A stretch of 63,999 nucleotides of DNA, filler included, from an uncultured bacterium (GTDB lineage: Bacteria > CAYSBA01): assembly GCA_964429075.1 (NCBI GenBank). It is 9 parts of 9 records of this genome, joined end to end, with 100 filler letters (N's around TTAATTAATTAA, not from the genome) between each part and the next. Parts side by side here need not be neighbours in the genome. Positions count along the whole stretch, not along the records: positions 38,352 to 45,794 come from CAYSBA010000051.1; positions 45,895 to 53,336 come from CAYSBA010000052.1; 7 more parts are not named here. One strand, given 5' to 3'. The notes below the pieces were generated by a model that ran no database searches, had not been told where the DNA came from, and worked only from the letters and a program-made list of their open reading frames with translations. Each line of letters begins with the position of its first letter. Position 1 is the first letter of the stretch. Made by a program: the position numbers and the translations under genes. Positions 38,519-49,219 of this stretch are shown one piece after another.

Positions 38519-40945
38519 TTAGTTTGTTACCTGTGCCTGGTGTTCGCTTCCTCCAAAGGTATTATTGTCTGTAAGAGGAGCAAACCTGAAACTGTCGATT
38601 GTGTGTTTAAAAACATCCTGTACATCATCGACAAAGATAAATTCTACCTTCTTTTTGACCTCCTTTGGTATCTCTATTGTATCCTTCTTATTACGCAAAG
38701 GTAAAACTATCCTTGTAATACCATTTCTAACTGCTGCAAGTACCTTTTCTTTAATTCCGCCAACAGGCAAAACTCTTCCTCTCAAGGTTATCTCACCGGT
38801 CATTGCTGTGTCGTTTCGTACTAGTCTATTCTGTAAAAGAGAACACAAAGAGACTGCTATTGTAATACCGGCAGATGGACCATCCTTAGGTACTGCACCA
38901 GCAGGAACATGTATGTGTATATCGTTACGTTCGAAAATGACTGGATCGATTCCCAGTACAGCTGCCTTGGAACGAATGTATGAAAGAGCAGTCTTTGCAG
39001 ACTCCATCATCACATCCCCAAGTTTACCGGTAAGTACAAGATTTCCTTTACCTTGCATCATTGTTGCTTCTATAAACAGAATGTCACCACCGAATGGGGT
39101 CCAAGCAAGACCAATTGCAACACCAGGTATGCTGGTCCTCTCTCTAACCTCAGATATGAATTTCTTTATACCCAGATATTTTTCAAGGTTTTTGTGGGTT
39201 ATTGTGGTTGTTGTCCTTTCACCTTTCACCACCTTCGTTGCTATCTTTCTGCATACATTGGCAATTTCACGTTCGAGGTTTCGTACACCAGATTCACGGG
39301 TATAGTCTGTAATAATTGTTTCAATAGCAGCCCTTGTAAATCTTATAGAACCCTCTTCAAGTCCATTGGCCCTGATCTGTTTTGGTATCAAAAATTGCTT
39401 TGCGATGTGAACCTTCTCCTGCAGAGTATATCCATTTATCTCGATAACCTCCATTCTATCGAGAAGGGGTGGAGGGATCGTGTCTATCTGGTTGGCAGTA
39501 GTAATAAACATAACCTTGCTCAAATCGAACTTAAGATCTATATAGTGGTCCACAAAAGAGTTGTTTTGCTCTGGATCGAGTACTTCAAGCAGTGCGCTTG
39601 CGGGATCTCCTCTAAAATCTTTACCTACCTTATCTATCTCATCCAGCATAATAAGCGGGTTGTTCACACCAGTCTTTTTTAATGCTGCAATAATCTTACC
39701 AGGCATTGCACCTATATAGGTACGGCGATGCCCGCGAATCTCTGCCTCGTCATGTATGCCGCCAAGAGCAATCCTTTCAAATTTCCTACCTAGTGCCTTT
39801 GCAATAGACCTTCCAAGAGAAGTTTTACCAACCCCAGGTGGGCCTAAAAAACATATTATTGGACTTTGCATCTCTTCATTTTTACGGGATTTTAGAGTAC
39901 GGACCGCAATAAATTCGAGTATCCTCTCTTTGACCTTCTTAAGTCCATAGTGATCTTCATCTAAAATGCGCTCCACCTCGTTAAGATCGAGATTATCACT
40001 GGTTGATTTGCTCCAGGGTAGATCACATAGCCAGGTAAGATAGTTTCTTGATACAGTATATTCTGCAGACTCCTGATGCATCTTACTCATTCTATCAAGC
40101 TCTTTTAGAGCTGCCTCCTCTGCATACTTGGGCATCTTTGCCTTTTTAATCCTCTGTCTAAAATTGGCTATTTCACCCTCTTCGTCATCCTCCTCTCCTA
40201 ATTCCTTCTTTATCGCCTTTATCTGTTCACGCAGGTAAAATTCTTTTTGCTTTTTGTCTATTTCTTCTTTCACCTTGCTGTGAATTTTTGCACCGATTTC
40301 CAGCATCTCCAGCTCTTTGTTGACAAGATGGGCCACTAGTCTCAACCTTTTCTTTATATCGATTGTCTCGAGAACCCTCTGTTTTTCTTCGATACTTATG
40401 TTGAGGTGGCTTGCAACAAAATCTGCAAGTGTATTTGGTTCTTTCAGGTTCATTACAGTTGATAATATATCGGTCTTATAGACAGTTATTCTGTCACTGA
40501 GAGATTGGAATAGATTCTTTATGTTGGCAACAAGAGACTGTATTTCAATATCTACAGCTACCTCTTCATCAAAATATTCCACACGAGCCATAAAAAATGG
40601 ATTTATAGATACATACTCTTTTACCTTAAATCTCTTAAATCCACTCATGAGGAGTTTAAGTGTATTGTCTGAGAGCTCCACAGGGTTGTTTAGTATGGTT
40701 CCGAGTGTTCCAAAGGTGTATAGATCACCAGGGGTAGGGAATTCTTCGTCTGCATCTTTCTGTGTGATTGTACCTATTATGTTGTTATTTTCGAGGGCAT
40801 ATTTCACAGCCTCAATGGATGATTTCCTCCCTACCATCATAGGAAGGATCATCTTTGGGAATAGTATAAGATTTCTTATCGGGAGAATGGGTATCTCCTC
40901 TGGCAGCTCCTTTATCTCTTGTTTAATCTTTTTAACCATACTCAC
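38519..40945 (-). CDS. lon: ATP-dependent Lon protease
   Basis: LON_substr_bdg N-terminus, DHYGL..VKERI, GPPGVGKTS, LDEIDK, HIHVPAGA.PKDGPSAG, PVGGIKEK. Confidence 0.98.
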   Translation of the reverse strand: MSMVKKIKQEIKELPEEIPILPIRNLILFPKMILPMMVGRKSSIEAVKYALENNNIIGTITQKDADEEFPTPGDLYTFGTLGTILNNPVELSDNTLKLLMSGFKRFKVKEYVSINPFFMARVEYFDEEVAVDIEIQSLVANIKNLFQSLSDRITVYKTDILSTVMNLKEPNTLADFVASHLNISIEEKQRVLETIDIKKRLRLVAHLVNKELEMLEIGAKIHSKVKEEIDKKQKEFYLREQIKAIKKELGEEDDEEGEIANFRQRIKKAKMPKYAEEAALKELDRMSKMHQESAEYTVSRNYLTWLCDLPWSKSTSDNLDLNEVERILDEDHYGLKKVKERILEFIAVRTLKSRKNEEMQSPIICFLGPPGVGKTSLGRSIAKALGRKFERIALGGIHDEAEIRGHRRTYIGAMPGKIIAALKKTGVNNPLIMLDEIDKVGKDFRGDPASALLEVLDPEQNNSFVDHYIDLKFDLSKVMFITTANQIDTIPPPLLDRMEVIEINGYTLQEKVHIAKQFLIPKQIRANGLEEGSIRFTRAAIETIITDYTRESGVRNLEREIANVCRKIATKVVKGERTTTTITHKNLEKYLGIKKFISEVRERTSIPGVAIGLAWTPFGGDILFIEATMMQGKGNLVLTGKLGDVMMESAKTALSYIRSKAAVLGIDPVIFERNDIHIHVPAGAVPKDGPSAGITIAVSLCSLLQNRLVRNDTAMTGEITLRGRVLPVGGIKEKVLAAVRNGITRIVLPLRNKKDTIEIPKEVKKKVEFIFVDDVQDVFKHTIDSFRFAPLTDNNTFGGSEHQAQVTN

Positions 40946-40967
40946 CTTTTATATAAATTCACATGTT

Positions 40968-40996
40968 ATCATAATTAGTAAATACTTCAAAGTCAA
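40968..40996 (-). promoter_or_regulatory. Putative sigma70 promoter of lon
   Basis: TTGACT-17-TATGAT. Confidence 0.6.
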
Positions 40997-41029
40997 GCAA
41001 TACTCACCTGATGCTATGTTTGATTGGGT

Positions 41030-41057
41030 TTGACACAAGTATAAAAAAATGTATTAT
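41030..41057 (+). promoter_or_regulatory. Putative sigma70 promoter
   Basis: TTGACA-16-TATTAT; favours ATG 41088 (GGAG RBS) over the ORF-track start. Confidence 0.5.
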
Positions 41058-41087
41058 TTTTGTTCTGAAAATATGATGGAGTCTGTT

Positions 41088-42755
41088 ATGCATACAAATA
41101 GGGCAATCTACATAGCCTTGGTTATCTTCTCTTTTTTAATGATTCGCTGTTCCTGTGAAGAGGTTAGTGATTTTACACCACGACTCTCCACAGAAAGTAC
41201 AGTTGTTGACTTTGGGAGGGTGACTGTAAATACAACAAAAACCATCGATTTCTCTATAACTAATGTTGGTTCAGCATCCCTTGTTATAGATAAAATCGTC
41301 CTGTCGGATGATACTTCTAACGAATTTGTCATTGGAAATTTCCCCTCATCTTTAAAACCGCTTGAGACTTATAATCTTGAACTTTCATACAGCCCAAAAG
41401 AAACAGGGGCAGATACCGGTTCTTTCTTGATATATTGTAATGACGAGAGCCTTAAACCAAAGGAATATCTAGCAATAAAACTCCTTGGAGAGGGTGTACC
41501 CCCACCTGATATCCGTGTAGATACAACCTCCTTTTTGTTTGGAGCCGTTCCGGTTGGAGAATCTTCAACAAAGACTGCAAAAATAATGAATGTTGGTGAC
41601 GGCCCTCTATTTATAACCAATATCTATATAGATGCTGATGATCCCTCAATGGCAGAACGCTTTATTCAGGTTGAACCTCTCAGCTTTCCAATTACTGTTG
41701 AATCCGGTGATTCAACTCCTCTTACAATCACCTATATCCCTGATGCTGAAGAGGCACATCAGGCAAAGGTACACATTGAGAGTAACGATCCTGATGAACC
41801 TGTGGTCGATCTAATTCTGCTCGGTAGCGGGACTGCTCCCTATGCAACAATCAGCCCCTCATCGGTTGATTTTGGTGATGTATATCAGGGACAATCTAAG
41901 GATGTAACGCTCACGATCACCAATACGGGTTCATTTAACCTCGATATCACCTCAATTGATCTATCGGGCAGTTCAGACATAACAATCAAATCTGCTCCAG
42001 GTCTTCCTTTGCAATTGCCACCTGCTGGAAGTACAGATATTATCCTCACCTACGCACCATCTGACAACAGTATTGATACATCAAATCTTACAGTCTCTAC
42101 CTCTTCTGGCGACCTGAGTGTATTTTGTATTGGTTCATCGAGGGCAATTATAGATGTTGATCCCAAGTTTTATGTATTTTCAGGTTCACCAGAACGACTC
42201 GACATAACCATAAAGAATAGAGGTTATGCCAATCTAACAATCTCTTCGATTGATCTTGATACAACATCAAGTCCAGATTTTTCTCTAACTGATGTACCCA
42301 CCATACCTTCTGTTGTACAGCCAAATAGTCAGATTCAGTTTGCTGTTATCTATCAGGACGATCATCCAGGTCAGGATGTGTCACAGGTCTCTATTGATCA
42401 CGATGGAATAGGTCAGACCCCCTTTGTAATAAGCCTATCATCTGATCAGGAGTCAAACTTTCCACCTGTGGCAGATGCTGGTGATGATATTTTCCTTTTT
42501 AATTATGATCTTAATAATGCTACAGCAATTGAGCTTAATGGATCCGGTAGTTATGATGATCACAATGCGATTACTGCATATCAATGGGAAATAATATCCA
42601 TTCCTCAGACAAGCAATATCACCTTACAGAATGCCGATCAGGCTGTTGCATCCTTTGTGCCAGATGCCTATGGACATTACAAATTTCAGCTAACAGTTAC
42701 CGATGATGCTGGTCAGAGCGATTCCGATACTGTTGAAGTAAGTATCAATCCATGA
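41088..42755 (+). CDS. Surface lipoprotein with four choice-of-anchor-D/ASH Ig-like domains and a C-terminal PKD-like domain
   Basis: Signal peptide ending IRCS-C; repeated (D)FG.V......I.N.G...L.I; N.PPVADAG, Y.W, Y.FQLTVTD..G. Confidence 0.82.
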   Translation: MHTNRAIYIALVIFSFLMIRCSCEEVSDFTPRLSTESTVVDFGRVTVNTTKTIDFSITNVGSASLVIDKIVLSDDTSNEFVIGNFPSSLKPLETYNLELSYSPKETGADTGSFLIYCNDESLKPKEYLAIKLLGEGVPPPDIRVDTTSFLFGAVPVGESSTKTAKIMNVGDGPLFITNIYIDADDPSMAERFIQVEPLSFPITVESGDSTPLTITYIPDAEEAHQAKVHIESNDPDEPVVDLILLGSGTAPYATISPSSVDFGDVYQGQSKDVTLTITNTGSFNLDITSIDLSGSSDITIKSAPGLPLQLPPAGSTDIILTYAPSDNSIDTSNLTVSTSSGDLSVFCIGSSRAIIDVDPKFYVFSGSPERLDITIKNRGYANLTISSIDLDTTSSPDFSLTDVPTIPSVVQPNSQIQFAVIYQDDHPGQDVSQVSIDHDGIGQTPFVISLSSDQESNFPPVADAGDDIFLFNYDLNNATAIELNGSGSYDDHNAITAYQWEIISIPQTSNITLQNADQAVASFVPDAYGHYKFQLTVTDDAGQSDSDTVEVSINP

Positions 42756-44236
42756 AAGATCAACTGACTTGTCATCGTGCTGCTAGGATACTTGAAAATG
42801 CCAACTGGATCCATATACTCGATAGTGGATCTTCATGCAGGGAGTTTGAACTACTGAGAGATAGGCTCCTCGATCTGCCCCCGGATGTAATGCTGCCTTA
42901 TGATCTTTATGATGATGAACTCAGACTACTGGAAAAGGCAAAATCCTTAAGAAACACAAAAAGAGACGCAATAACACTTCTCAGATATACAACACTTTCG
43001 CCATATACAGGGCATAAAATAGGCTTAAGGTCTGAGATGGGTGTTGAAGATGGTATGAGATTTATCCTCAATGATGCAGATCTTTCTGGCCTGGATGATA
43101 CAAAAAAAAGATGGCTTTTAGATGAGGCAGAATTTTACCTCAGCTCATCGCGGCGTAACCCGATGCATCTTCTTAATCTTGCTATTATGGCAAAAAAGAG
43201 ACTTAACAAGCTCGGTAGAGATGCCTATATATCAGGCGATCTGAGAAGATGTATAAAGAGTGTGGATAAAATTATAATAGTCTACACAGGAGATCTGCTC
43301 AAAAAAGAGGATGTTTATGATATCAATCGATTGGCTAACAGAGAGTACACAGAAGTTGTCTTTAAACACACAAGTCCAGAGAGACTTGGTACAGTCCTTT
43401 TTGAAACTACTGGTCCTTTAGATTTTGTAAGATCGATAAAAGAGAAGTTTGGCGGCAAGCTACCTGAATGTGAAGATGAAAAAGAGATATTCAGACTTTC
43501 TGGTCTGGCTTATATAGATCCAGAATACAGAGATGGGACAAGGCCAACATTTTTGCTCGGTGATATAGTAGGTGACTTTCATGTACATTCATGGTGGTCT
43601 GATGGAAACAATTCGATTGCTGAAGTCAAAAAGGAGGCGATAAAACTGGGTTATGAATTTATAACCTTTTGTGATCATTCACAAAATTCTAAAAGATCTG
43701 GTGGGGTTAAAATATCACTTCTGGATAAGAGAAATATGGAGATATCAGAGAATTCTGATAGGGACCTTCTCATACTTTCTGGTATGGAACTTGATATTCT
43801 GGATGGCTATCTTGATGCCTACGATAGTTATCGTCAGTATTCTGAGGTAATACTTGCTTCCATGCATTCAGGGATAAGGGATGTGCCAGGTGATCTTACC
43901 CGCAGCTACCTATCTATCCTGTCGAGACACAGGCCTACAGCAATTGCTCACATCAGCGCTTCTATAATTGCAAGGAGGATCCCCTATAGATTTAACAAAG
44001 AGAAGGTATTTATCAAGATGAAAGAACGAGGTGTGATGCTGGAGATCAATGGTAGTCCTCAACGGTTATCTCCAGGGATTGAAGACCTGAAACTTGCCAG
44101 AGAGATCGGCCTTAAATTTGTTTTATCCACCGATTGTCACGATAAAAGATTACTCGGATTATGGATGCGCTGGGCCTGTGCACATGCAAATAGGGCAGGA
44201 ATACCACCAGAGATGATCTTAAATGTTAGAAAGTAA
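42752..44236 (+). CDS. Degenerate PolX-like region fused to an intact PHP domain
   Basis: GDLRR, TG..F, EKEIF...GL.YI.PEYR (PolX remnants); GDFHVHS.WSDG, DHS, G.ELDI, S.HS, IAH, EING...RL, STD.H (PHP). Confidence 0.82.
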   Translation: MKDQLTCHRAARILENANWIHILDSGSSCREFELLRDRLLDLPPDVMLPYDLYDDELRLLEKAKSLRNTKRDAITLLRYTTLSPYTGHKIGLRSEMGVEDGMRFILNDADLSGLDDTKKRWLLDEAEFYLSSSRRNPMHLLNLAIMAKKRLNKLGRDAYISGDLRRCIKSVDKIIIVYTGDLLKKEDVYDINRLANREYTEVVFKHTSPERLGTVLFETTGPLDFVRSIKEKFGGKLPECEDEKEIFRLSGLAYIDPEYRDGTRPTFLLGDIVGDFHVHSWWSDGNNSIAEVKKEAIKLGYEFITFCDHSQNSKRSGGVKISLLDKRNMEISENSDRDLLILSGMELDILDGYLDAYDSYRQYSEVILASMHSGIRDVPGDLTRSYLSILSRHRPTAIAHISASIIARRIPYRFNKEKVFIKMKERGVMLEINGSPQRLSPGIEDLKLAREIGLKFVLSTDCHDKRLLGLWMRWACAHANRAGIPPEMILNVRK

Positions 44237-44241
44237 TATGA

Positions 44242-44496
44242 TTATTTTGTTGCTGAGGATGAGGACTTTGTAGTCTCTTTTTTGGGTTTTGAACCAGATT
44301 TTTCTTTTAAATCCTTTTTATAACCATAATCGGTCACATACCAGCCAGATCCATTAAGAATAAATGACGTCTGTGAAAGAAGTCTCTTCATTGCGCCTCC
44401 GCAGGATGGACAGCTATCAGGACCTGGCTCTCCAATCCTCTGGAGTAGCTCAACAACCTGTCCACAGGACTGACATTTGTATTCGTAAATTGGCAT
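44242..44496 (-). CDS. FmdB-family zinc-ribbon protein
   Basis: MPIYEY.C..CG, CP.CGG, F.L.GSGWY.TDY. Confidence 0.92.
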   Translation of the reverse strand: MPIYEYKCQSCGQVVELLQRIGEPGPDSCPSCGGAMKRLLSQTSFILNGSGWYVTDYGYKKDLKEKSGSKPKKETTKSSSSATK

Positions 44497-44502
44497 GTTC
44501 AT

Positions 44503-44531
44503 ATTTTAATCATTAGAATCTGATTTGTAAA
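44503..44531 (-). promoter_or_regulatory. Putative leaderless promoter of the FmdB gene
   Basis: TTTACA-17-TAAAAT, 6 nt before the MPIYEY ATG. Confidence 0.6.
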
Positions 44532-44636
44532 GTCCTTTTTTAGAACATATCTTTACAACATTTACCACCCTTGACTAAGTATACAATATGCTGTAAATAA
44601 TATGAGTAAATTTTTTATTGTATTTTGGGGATAAAA

Positions 44637-45419
44637 ATGGACATAAGACACAAAAAGAGGGATCTTCTTTTTTTAATCCCTAACGCATTTACTGTTGCCA
44701 GTTTATTATTTGGGTTTTTTGCTATCTTAGTTTCATCAACAGCTCAGGTCGAGACAGATTTTTACAAGGCAATATTTGCCATATTTCTGGCAATGCTGTG
44801 TGATGTCTCTGATGGCAGGATGGCAAGGTTGACAAAGACTCAATCCTCCTTTGGTATTCAGCTTGACAGTCTAGCTGATTTAGTATCCTTTGGTGTGGCA
44901 CCTAGCGTTCTTGTCTATTTCTGGAGCTTAAAAAATCTTGGCTTCTGGGGTCTTGTTATTTGTTCTTTGTACCTCGTTGCAGGGTCTCTACGTCTTGCGA
45001 GATTCAATGTGATGGCCTCACAAGATGGCGGTGCTTCAGACTACACCCTTGGTATAACAATCCCCCTTGCAGCACTTGCCATAATATCTCTCATATCCGC
45101 ACATTACCATTTTTTTAACAACAAACCTGTGGTTCATCACAAAGAGGTTGCATTTCTTGTACTATTTCTCTCTATTCTGATGATCTCCAACATGAAGTTT
45201 CGTACCTTTAAAAAACTTGATTTCTCCCGTCCATTTGTGGCATTCGGTATCATGTCATTTGCCTTTTTATTTTCTATCATATCCTTTAAATTCGGGCCAG
45301 GTATGGCCATATTCTCAGTCATAATGGCATACATATCAATAGGTATTCTCGAAAATGTTGGCCTCATTAAACTCCCTGGCAACGAAAATCTTGTAGGAGA
45401 AATAGACGAAGAGACATAA
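44637..45419 (+). CDS. pssA: CDP-diacylglycerol--serine O-phosphatidyltransferase
   Basis: IPN.FT, D..DGR.AR......S.FG.QLDSLAD.VSFGVAP, LRLARFN. Confidence 0.92.
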   Translation: MDIRHKKRDLLFLIPNAFTVASLLFGFFAILVSSTAQVETDFYKAIFAIFLAMLCDVSDGRMARLTKTQSSFGIQLDSLADLVSFGVAPSVLVYFWSLKNLGFWGLVICSLYLVAGSLRLARFNVMASQDGGASDYTLGITIPLAALAIISLISAHYHFFNNKPVVHHKEVAFLVLFLSILMISNMKFRTFKKLDFSRPFVAFGIMSFAFLFSIISFKFGPGMAIFSVIMAYISIGILENVGLIKLPGNENLVGEIDEET

Positions 45420-45421
45420 AT

Positions 45422-45794
45422 ATGAGTTCAAGTCCAATACACATATCAAAACGTATTGATTATGCCTTAAGGGCCATGCTCTATCTAAGCAAACAACCAC
45501 CGGGACATCTTACCTCTTTTAAGGTAATAGCAGAAAAACAGGTAATTCCTTCAGATTTTCTTGCCAAGATACTAAAAGACCTTGTAAAAAGAGGTCTCGT
45601 CAAGGTCAAAAGGGGTTCTAAGGGTGGATATACCCTTGGCAGGGATCCATCAGAGATAACCTTTCTTGAAATCATAGAGGCCGTTGATGGTCCAATAAAG
45701 ATGAAGGACTGTCTTGATGAGAGTATAGATTGTTCAGTCCTCAATATCTGCAGTCTAATACAGGTCTGGAAGGAGGCACAGAACAGACTCGTCG
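45422..45794 (+). CDS. Rrf2-family transcriptional regulator, 3' truncated
   Basis: DYALRA..YL, FL.KIL..L...GLV...RG..GGY.L, EIIEAVDG, three Cys (C......C.....C). Confidence 0.93.
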
Positions 45795-45894
45795 NNNNNN
45801 NNNNNNNNNNNNNNNNNNNNNNNNNNNNNNNNNNNNNNTTAATTAATTAANNNNNNNNNNNNNNNNNNNNNNNNNNNNNNNNNNNNNNNNNNNN

Positions 45895-47953
45895 CCTCTG
45901 TCTTTAATAGCAGATTTACCTTACTACCAAGGTCTGCCATTAGCTGATGAATTGTTTCAAGGACAGGTAACTTCATTCTATTTCTGTCTTCATCATCACC
46001 AATATCTATTATTCTTGTCCCTTTTATATATTCTGTTGTCTTATATTCAGTAATTGAGCTGATACTCTTTATCCTCTGAGCGATCTTTTCTGCAGCCTCA
46101 AGACTCCTATCAAGATATCTCTGGATATCGTTGTGTGTCTCAAGCTTCTTTTTCAGTATATCAAGATATGCAACAAGGGTGGTCAACGGTTGATTCAACT
46201 CATGTGCTGTTGCCCCTGCAAGTTCCATTGCAATGGTCCTCTTTTCGAGTTCTAATAGCTTACTCCTTGTCTCTGAGAGCTGACTCAATAGATTTAACTG
46301 CTCTCTTAGATCTGTAAATATCCCTACTGTACCCAATTCATTCTGATCATTGCTATGAATGATCGCGGCAGAAAGACTGATGGGTATATATCTTCCATCC
46401 TTGGTCACTATCTCCTTTTTTATTGACTGAAGTTTTCCTTTGCCACCATATTTTTCATCTCTGAGCTCTCTCTTTATCTGTTTTGCATATTCTATACTTG
46501 GATATAGCTGTGAGACATGAAAAGAGTTATCAAATACTTCATCCTTTCTGTATCCAAAGATTTTTTCTGCAGCCCTATTGAAGATCAATATCTTGCCTCT
46601 ATTGTCAGTGGCAACAATAGCATCAGGCGAGCTCTCAATCAGCTCTTCTAAAAATTCCTTTGTATGCTCCAACTCCTCCTCGATCATCCTCTCTCGAGTC
46701 ACATCCCTCAGATGAAGAATTATCAGCTTACCTTCCATGATATTTGCACTTGCTGCAAGGTACCTATAGTCATCACTCGCTGTAAGGATATCAAGATCAA
46801 ATCTCCTTGGGAAATCCTCATTATGCATTGATTTTAGAACCTCTTCGAAGAATTCTCGGTTTTCTTCGTCTGCCAGAATATCCGTTAACTTCTTACCAAC
46901 AATATCTACCTTTGAATAACCTATCATTTCTTCAAAGGTCCTGTTGATAAAAAGGATCTGACCCTCTTGATCTAAAACTACAATCCCATCTGAGGCAGAT
47001 TCAAAAAATTCCTGAAAGCGTCTGATCTGTTCAAGCTCCTTGAGTGCCCTGCGTTCTCTATTCTTTAGATTTCTTGCCTCCTTAATAATACTTTCAAATT
47101 CCCTTGCATTAATAATTGCTGCTGTAAGATGTTGGAGTACTTTATCTATGAAGGATTGAAAATTTGTCTCATCAAGCCTTTTCCTAAATCGCAAGAATAA
47201 AACACCAAAAACCTTCTTTTTATACTTAAGCGGGAATAGCGCAACAGCCCTTGGAAATTTTGTACTTTTTGAAATAGTACCCTTAGTTATCTCGTGTTTT
47301 CTAAAATCTTTGATTATCACAGAAGATTGTTTTTTAAGTACCTCCTGTATTTCTGGATACTTCATAAGGTCTATCTCAAGATCACCAATATCCAGTTTAT
47401 CACTACTTGCTACAACAAATCCGTGTCTATGCCTTTCTTCTGTCAGTACAATCGAACATCTATCTGCCTCAAATCGTTCTGCAATAAAGTTTGTCACCCT
47501 ATGCAGTGCCCTTTTGATATTCTTTGACTTGCCAAGAATGAGGGTAATATCAAGAAGGAGGTGATAGTCTCTTAAATCCTCCCTTAGTCTTTCCTTTTCT
47601 ATCTCATTTGATAAAAGGATAGAAAAAAATTCTATTGCATCTGATCTATTGCGTTTATATTCTCTATAGTTTTGGGCCGTGCTGTAGTGATTTATGATTA
47701 CTGAACTTTTTTTTATGGAAAACTCAAAGAGAGGGCCTTCGTTTTTAAGTATATATCCTTTCGTATCTTCTGGCAACAGCCCTGTCTCACATACAAATAT
47801 TGAAGGGTTAACTCTGTTTAAAATCCTCTTTATACCCTTTGTTGAAGTGGCAAGATGTACTGTTACATCCTCTGTAACAAGGTTTTTTAATTCTTTTAAA
47901 AAATCCTTCTGACCTGCAAAAAGGACCCTCATAGACCTTTTAACCTGTTCCAT
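45895..47953 (-). CDS. Multidomain sensor: pseudo-receiver, GAF, PAS, PAS, HisKA; 3' truncated
   Basis: DRCSIV/KYPEI GAF; two PAS domains (DGIVV..N..FE...GY and PDAIV..FNRAAE..GY); AGATAHELNQPLT H-box. Confidence 0.85.
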
Positions 47954-48264
47954 TTGTGAATCTTTGCATACAGCTTATCTTTTGTTGGTGGGAAAATGAG
48001 TATATCTTCAAAACCCTCTTCAAGCAAAAACCGTAGCTGAAGTGCATTTAGATCGGGGACTATTGCTATCTTTACCAATTCTGATCCTTTTAATGGCTCG
48101 ATCTTTTTTACAAGATTGCTAATCGTTGTATCAATAAAGACTATGGAGCCCTCTTCTGGTAATAACCCATCTTCACCCTGATTTATATTTAGATCCCATT
48201 TTTCACCAAGAAACTCATAAAACAGATCACCAAGCAATTTATTTTCAGTTAAAAGATAAATCAT
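47929..48264 (-). CDS. Degenerate single-domain receiver-like protein
   Basis: Alpha/beta pattern IYLL, IVFID, IAIV, G.EDIL.FP; overlaps both neighbours. Confidence 0.6.
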   Translation of the reverse strand: MIYLLTENKLLGDLFYEFLGEKWDLNINQGEDGLLPEEGSIVFIDTTISNLVKKIEPLKGSELVKIAIVPDLNALQLRFLLEEGFEDILIFPPTKDKLYAKIHKWNRLKGL

Positions 48265-49219
48265 CCAGGCCCTCCTGTTTTTTAAAATGCTTAAAAATCC
48301 ATCTTTCTGGATCAAAATTCTGTGGCATATTCTTGATTTTAATCCCCTTCTCCTCTGTTATCCAGCCTATTTTATATGCAATATTATCAAAAACACAATC
48401 CTTGGATGTAAACAATAGCACATATTCCTCGCCACTTGCAAGGGCAAGCTCAACAGGATCAAATCTTTTATCCTGACAAAAACTGATAAATTCACTTTCA
48501 GTGGGAATAGATCTATAATCGATCACAGCTCCACACCCTGAACAGGACAATATCCTCGAAAGATCGTATATTACACCGTCTGATATGTCAATCATGGATG
48601 TAATTCTGTCTCTATTTTTGAGAATCCTTTTGACAATATCAAGGGATATCCTTGGTTTTTTAAATCTATCTATCAATTTTTGATATCCTTTGGCCCCATC
48701 TTTTATAGCTAAATAGCCACCAAGTGCACTACCAACCCTATCACTTAAATATATTATATCGCCTGGTGAGGCACCGGCCCTATCAATGATCACATCAAAA
48801 GATCTGCTGATAACACTCAATGATATGTATAATCTATCTGCCCTTGATGTATCACCTCCCACAAGTGTAACCTTAAGCCTTTTACATTCTTCTAAGAATG
48901 CGGTGATAAATCTATCTTTAACAGCCTTAAATTGTTCTTCTCTGAACGCAACTGAAAGGGTTAGAAACTCCGGCACATTGCCGCAGGCAAAGATGTCAGA
49001 TACCGCTCCATTTACTGCCTTAATCGCCACATCCTCATAAGAGGACCAGCTCAAATCAAAATGAACACCCTCTATAAACTGATCGGTTGTAATCAGGATT
49101 CCGTTGTAATAAGCACAATCGTTTGAGAGGTCAACCCTATTTACAGAAGCACTGTTTAATAACTCTTCAATCTCTTTAATAAAAAGTATCTCTCGATCTT
49201 CTGTGATATCAGGGTTCAC
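48245..49219 (-). CDS. thiL: Thiamine-monophosphate kinase
   Basis: DCA, TD...EGVHF, SDI.A.G, LVGGDT, R.GA.PGD, MIDISDG, GEEY.LLFT. Confidence 0.92.
   Translation of the reverse strand: MNPDITEDREILFIKEIEELLNSASVNRVDLSNDCAYYNGILITTDQFIEGVHFDLSWSSYEDVAIKAVNGAVSDIFACGNVPEFLTLSVAFREEQFKAVKDRFITAFLEECKRLKVTLVGGDTSRADRLYISLSVISRSFDVIIDRAGASPGDIIYLSDRVGSALGGYLAIKDGAKGYQKLIDRFKKPRISLDIVKRILKNRDRITSMIDISDGVIYDLSRILSCSGCGAVIDYRSIPTESEFISFCQDKRFDPVELALASGEEYVLLFTSKDCVFDNIAYKIGWITEEKGIKIKNMPQNFDPERWIFKHFKKQEGLDDLSFN

Noticed and set aside
38565..39682. Long antisense ORFs within lon (similar ones in polA, hflK, MMPL)
   Set aside because: Antisense shadows of conserved genes
40999..41020. Possible CIRCE element upstream of lon
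   Set aside because: Does not match TTAGCACTC-N9-GAGTGCTAA
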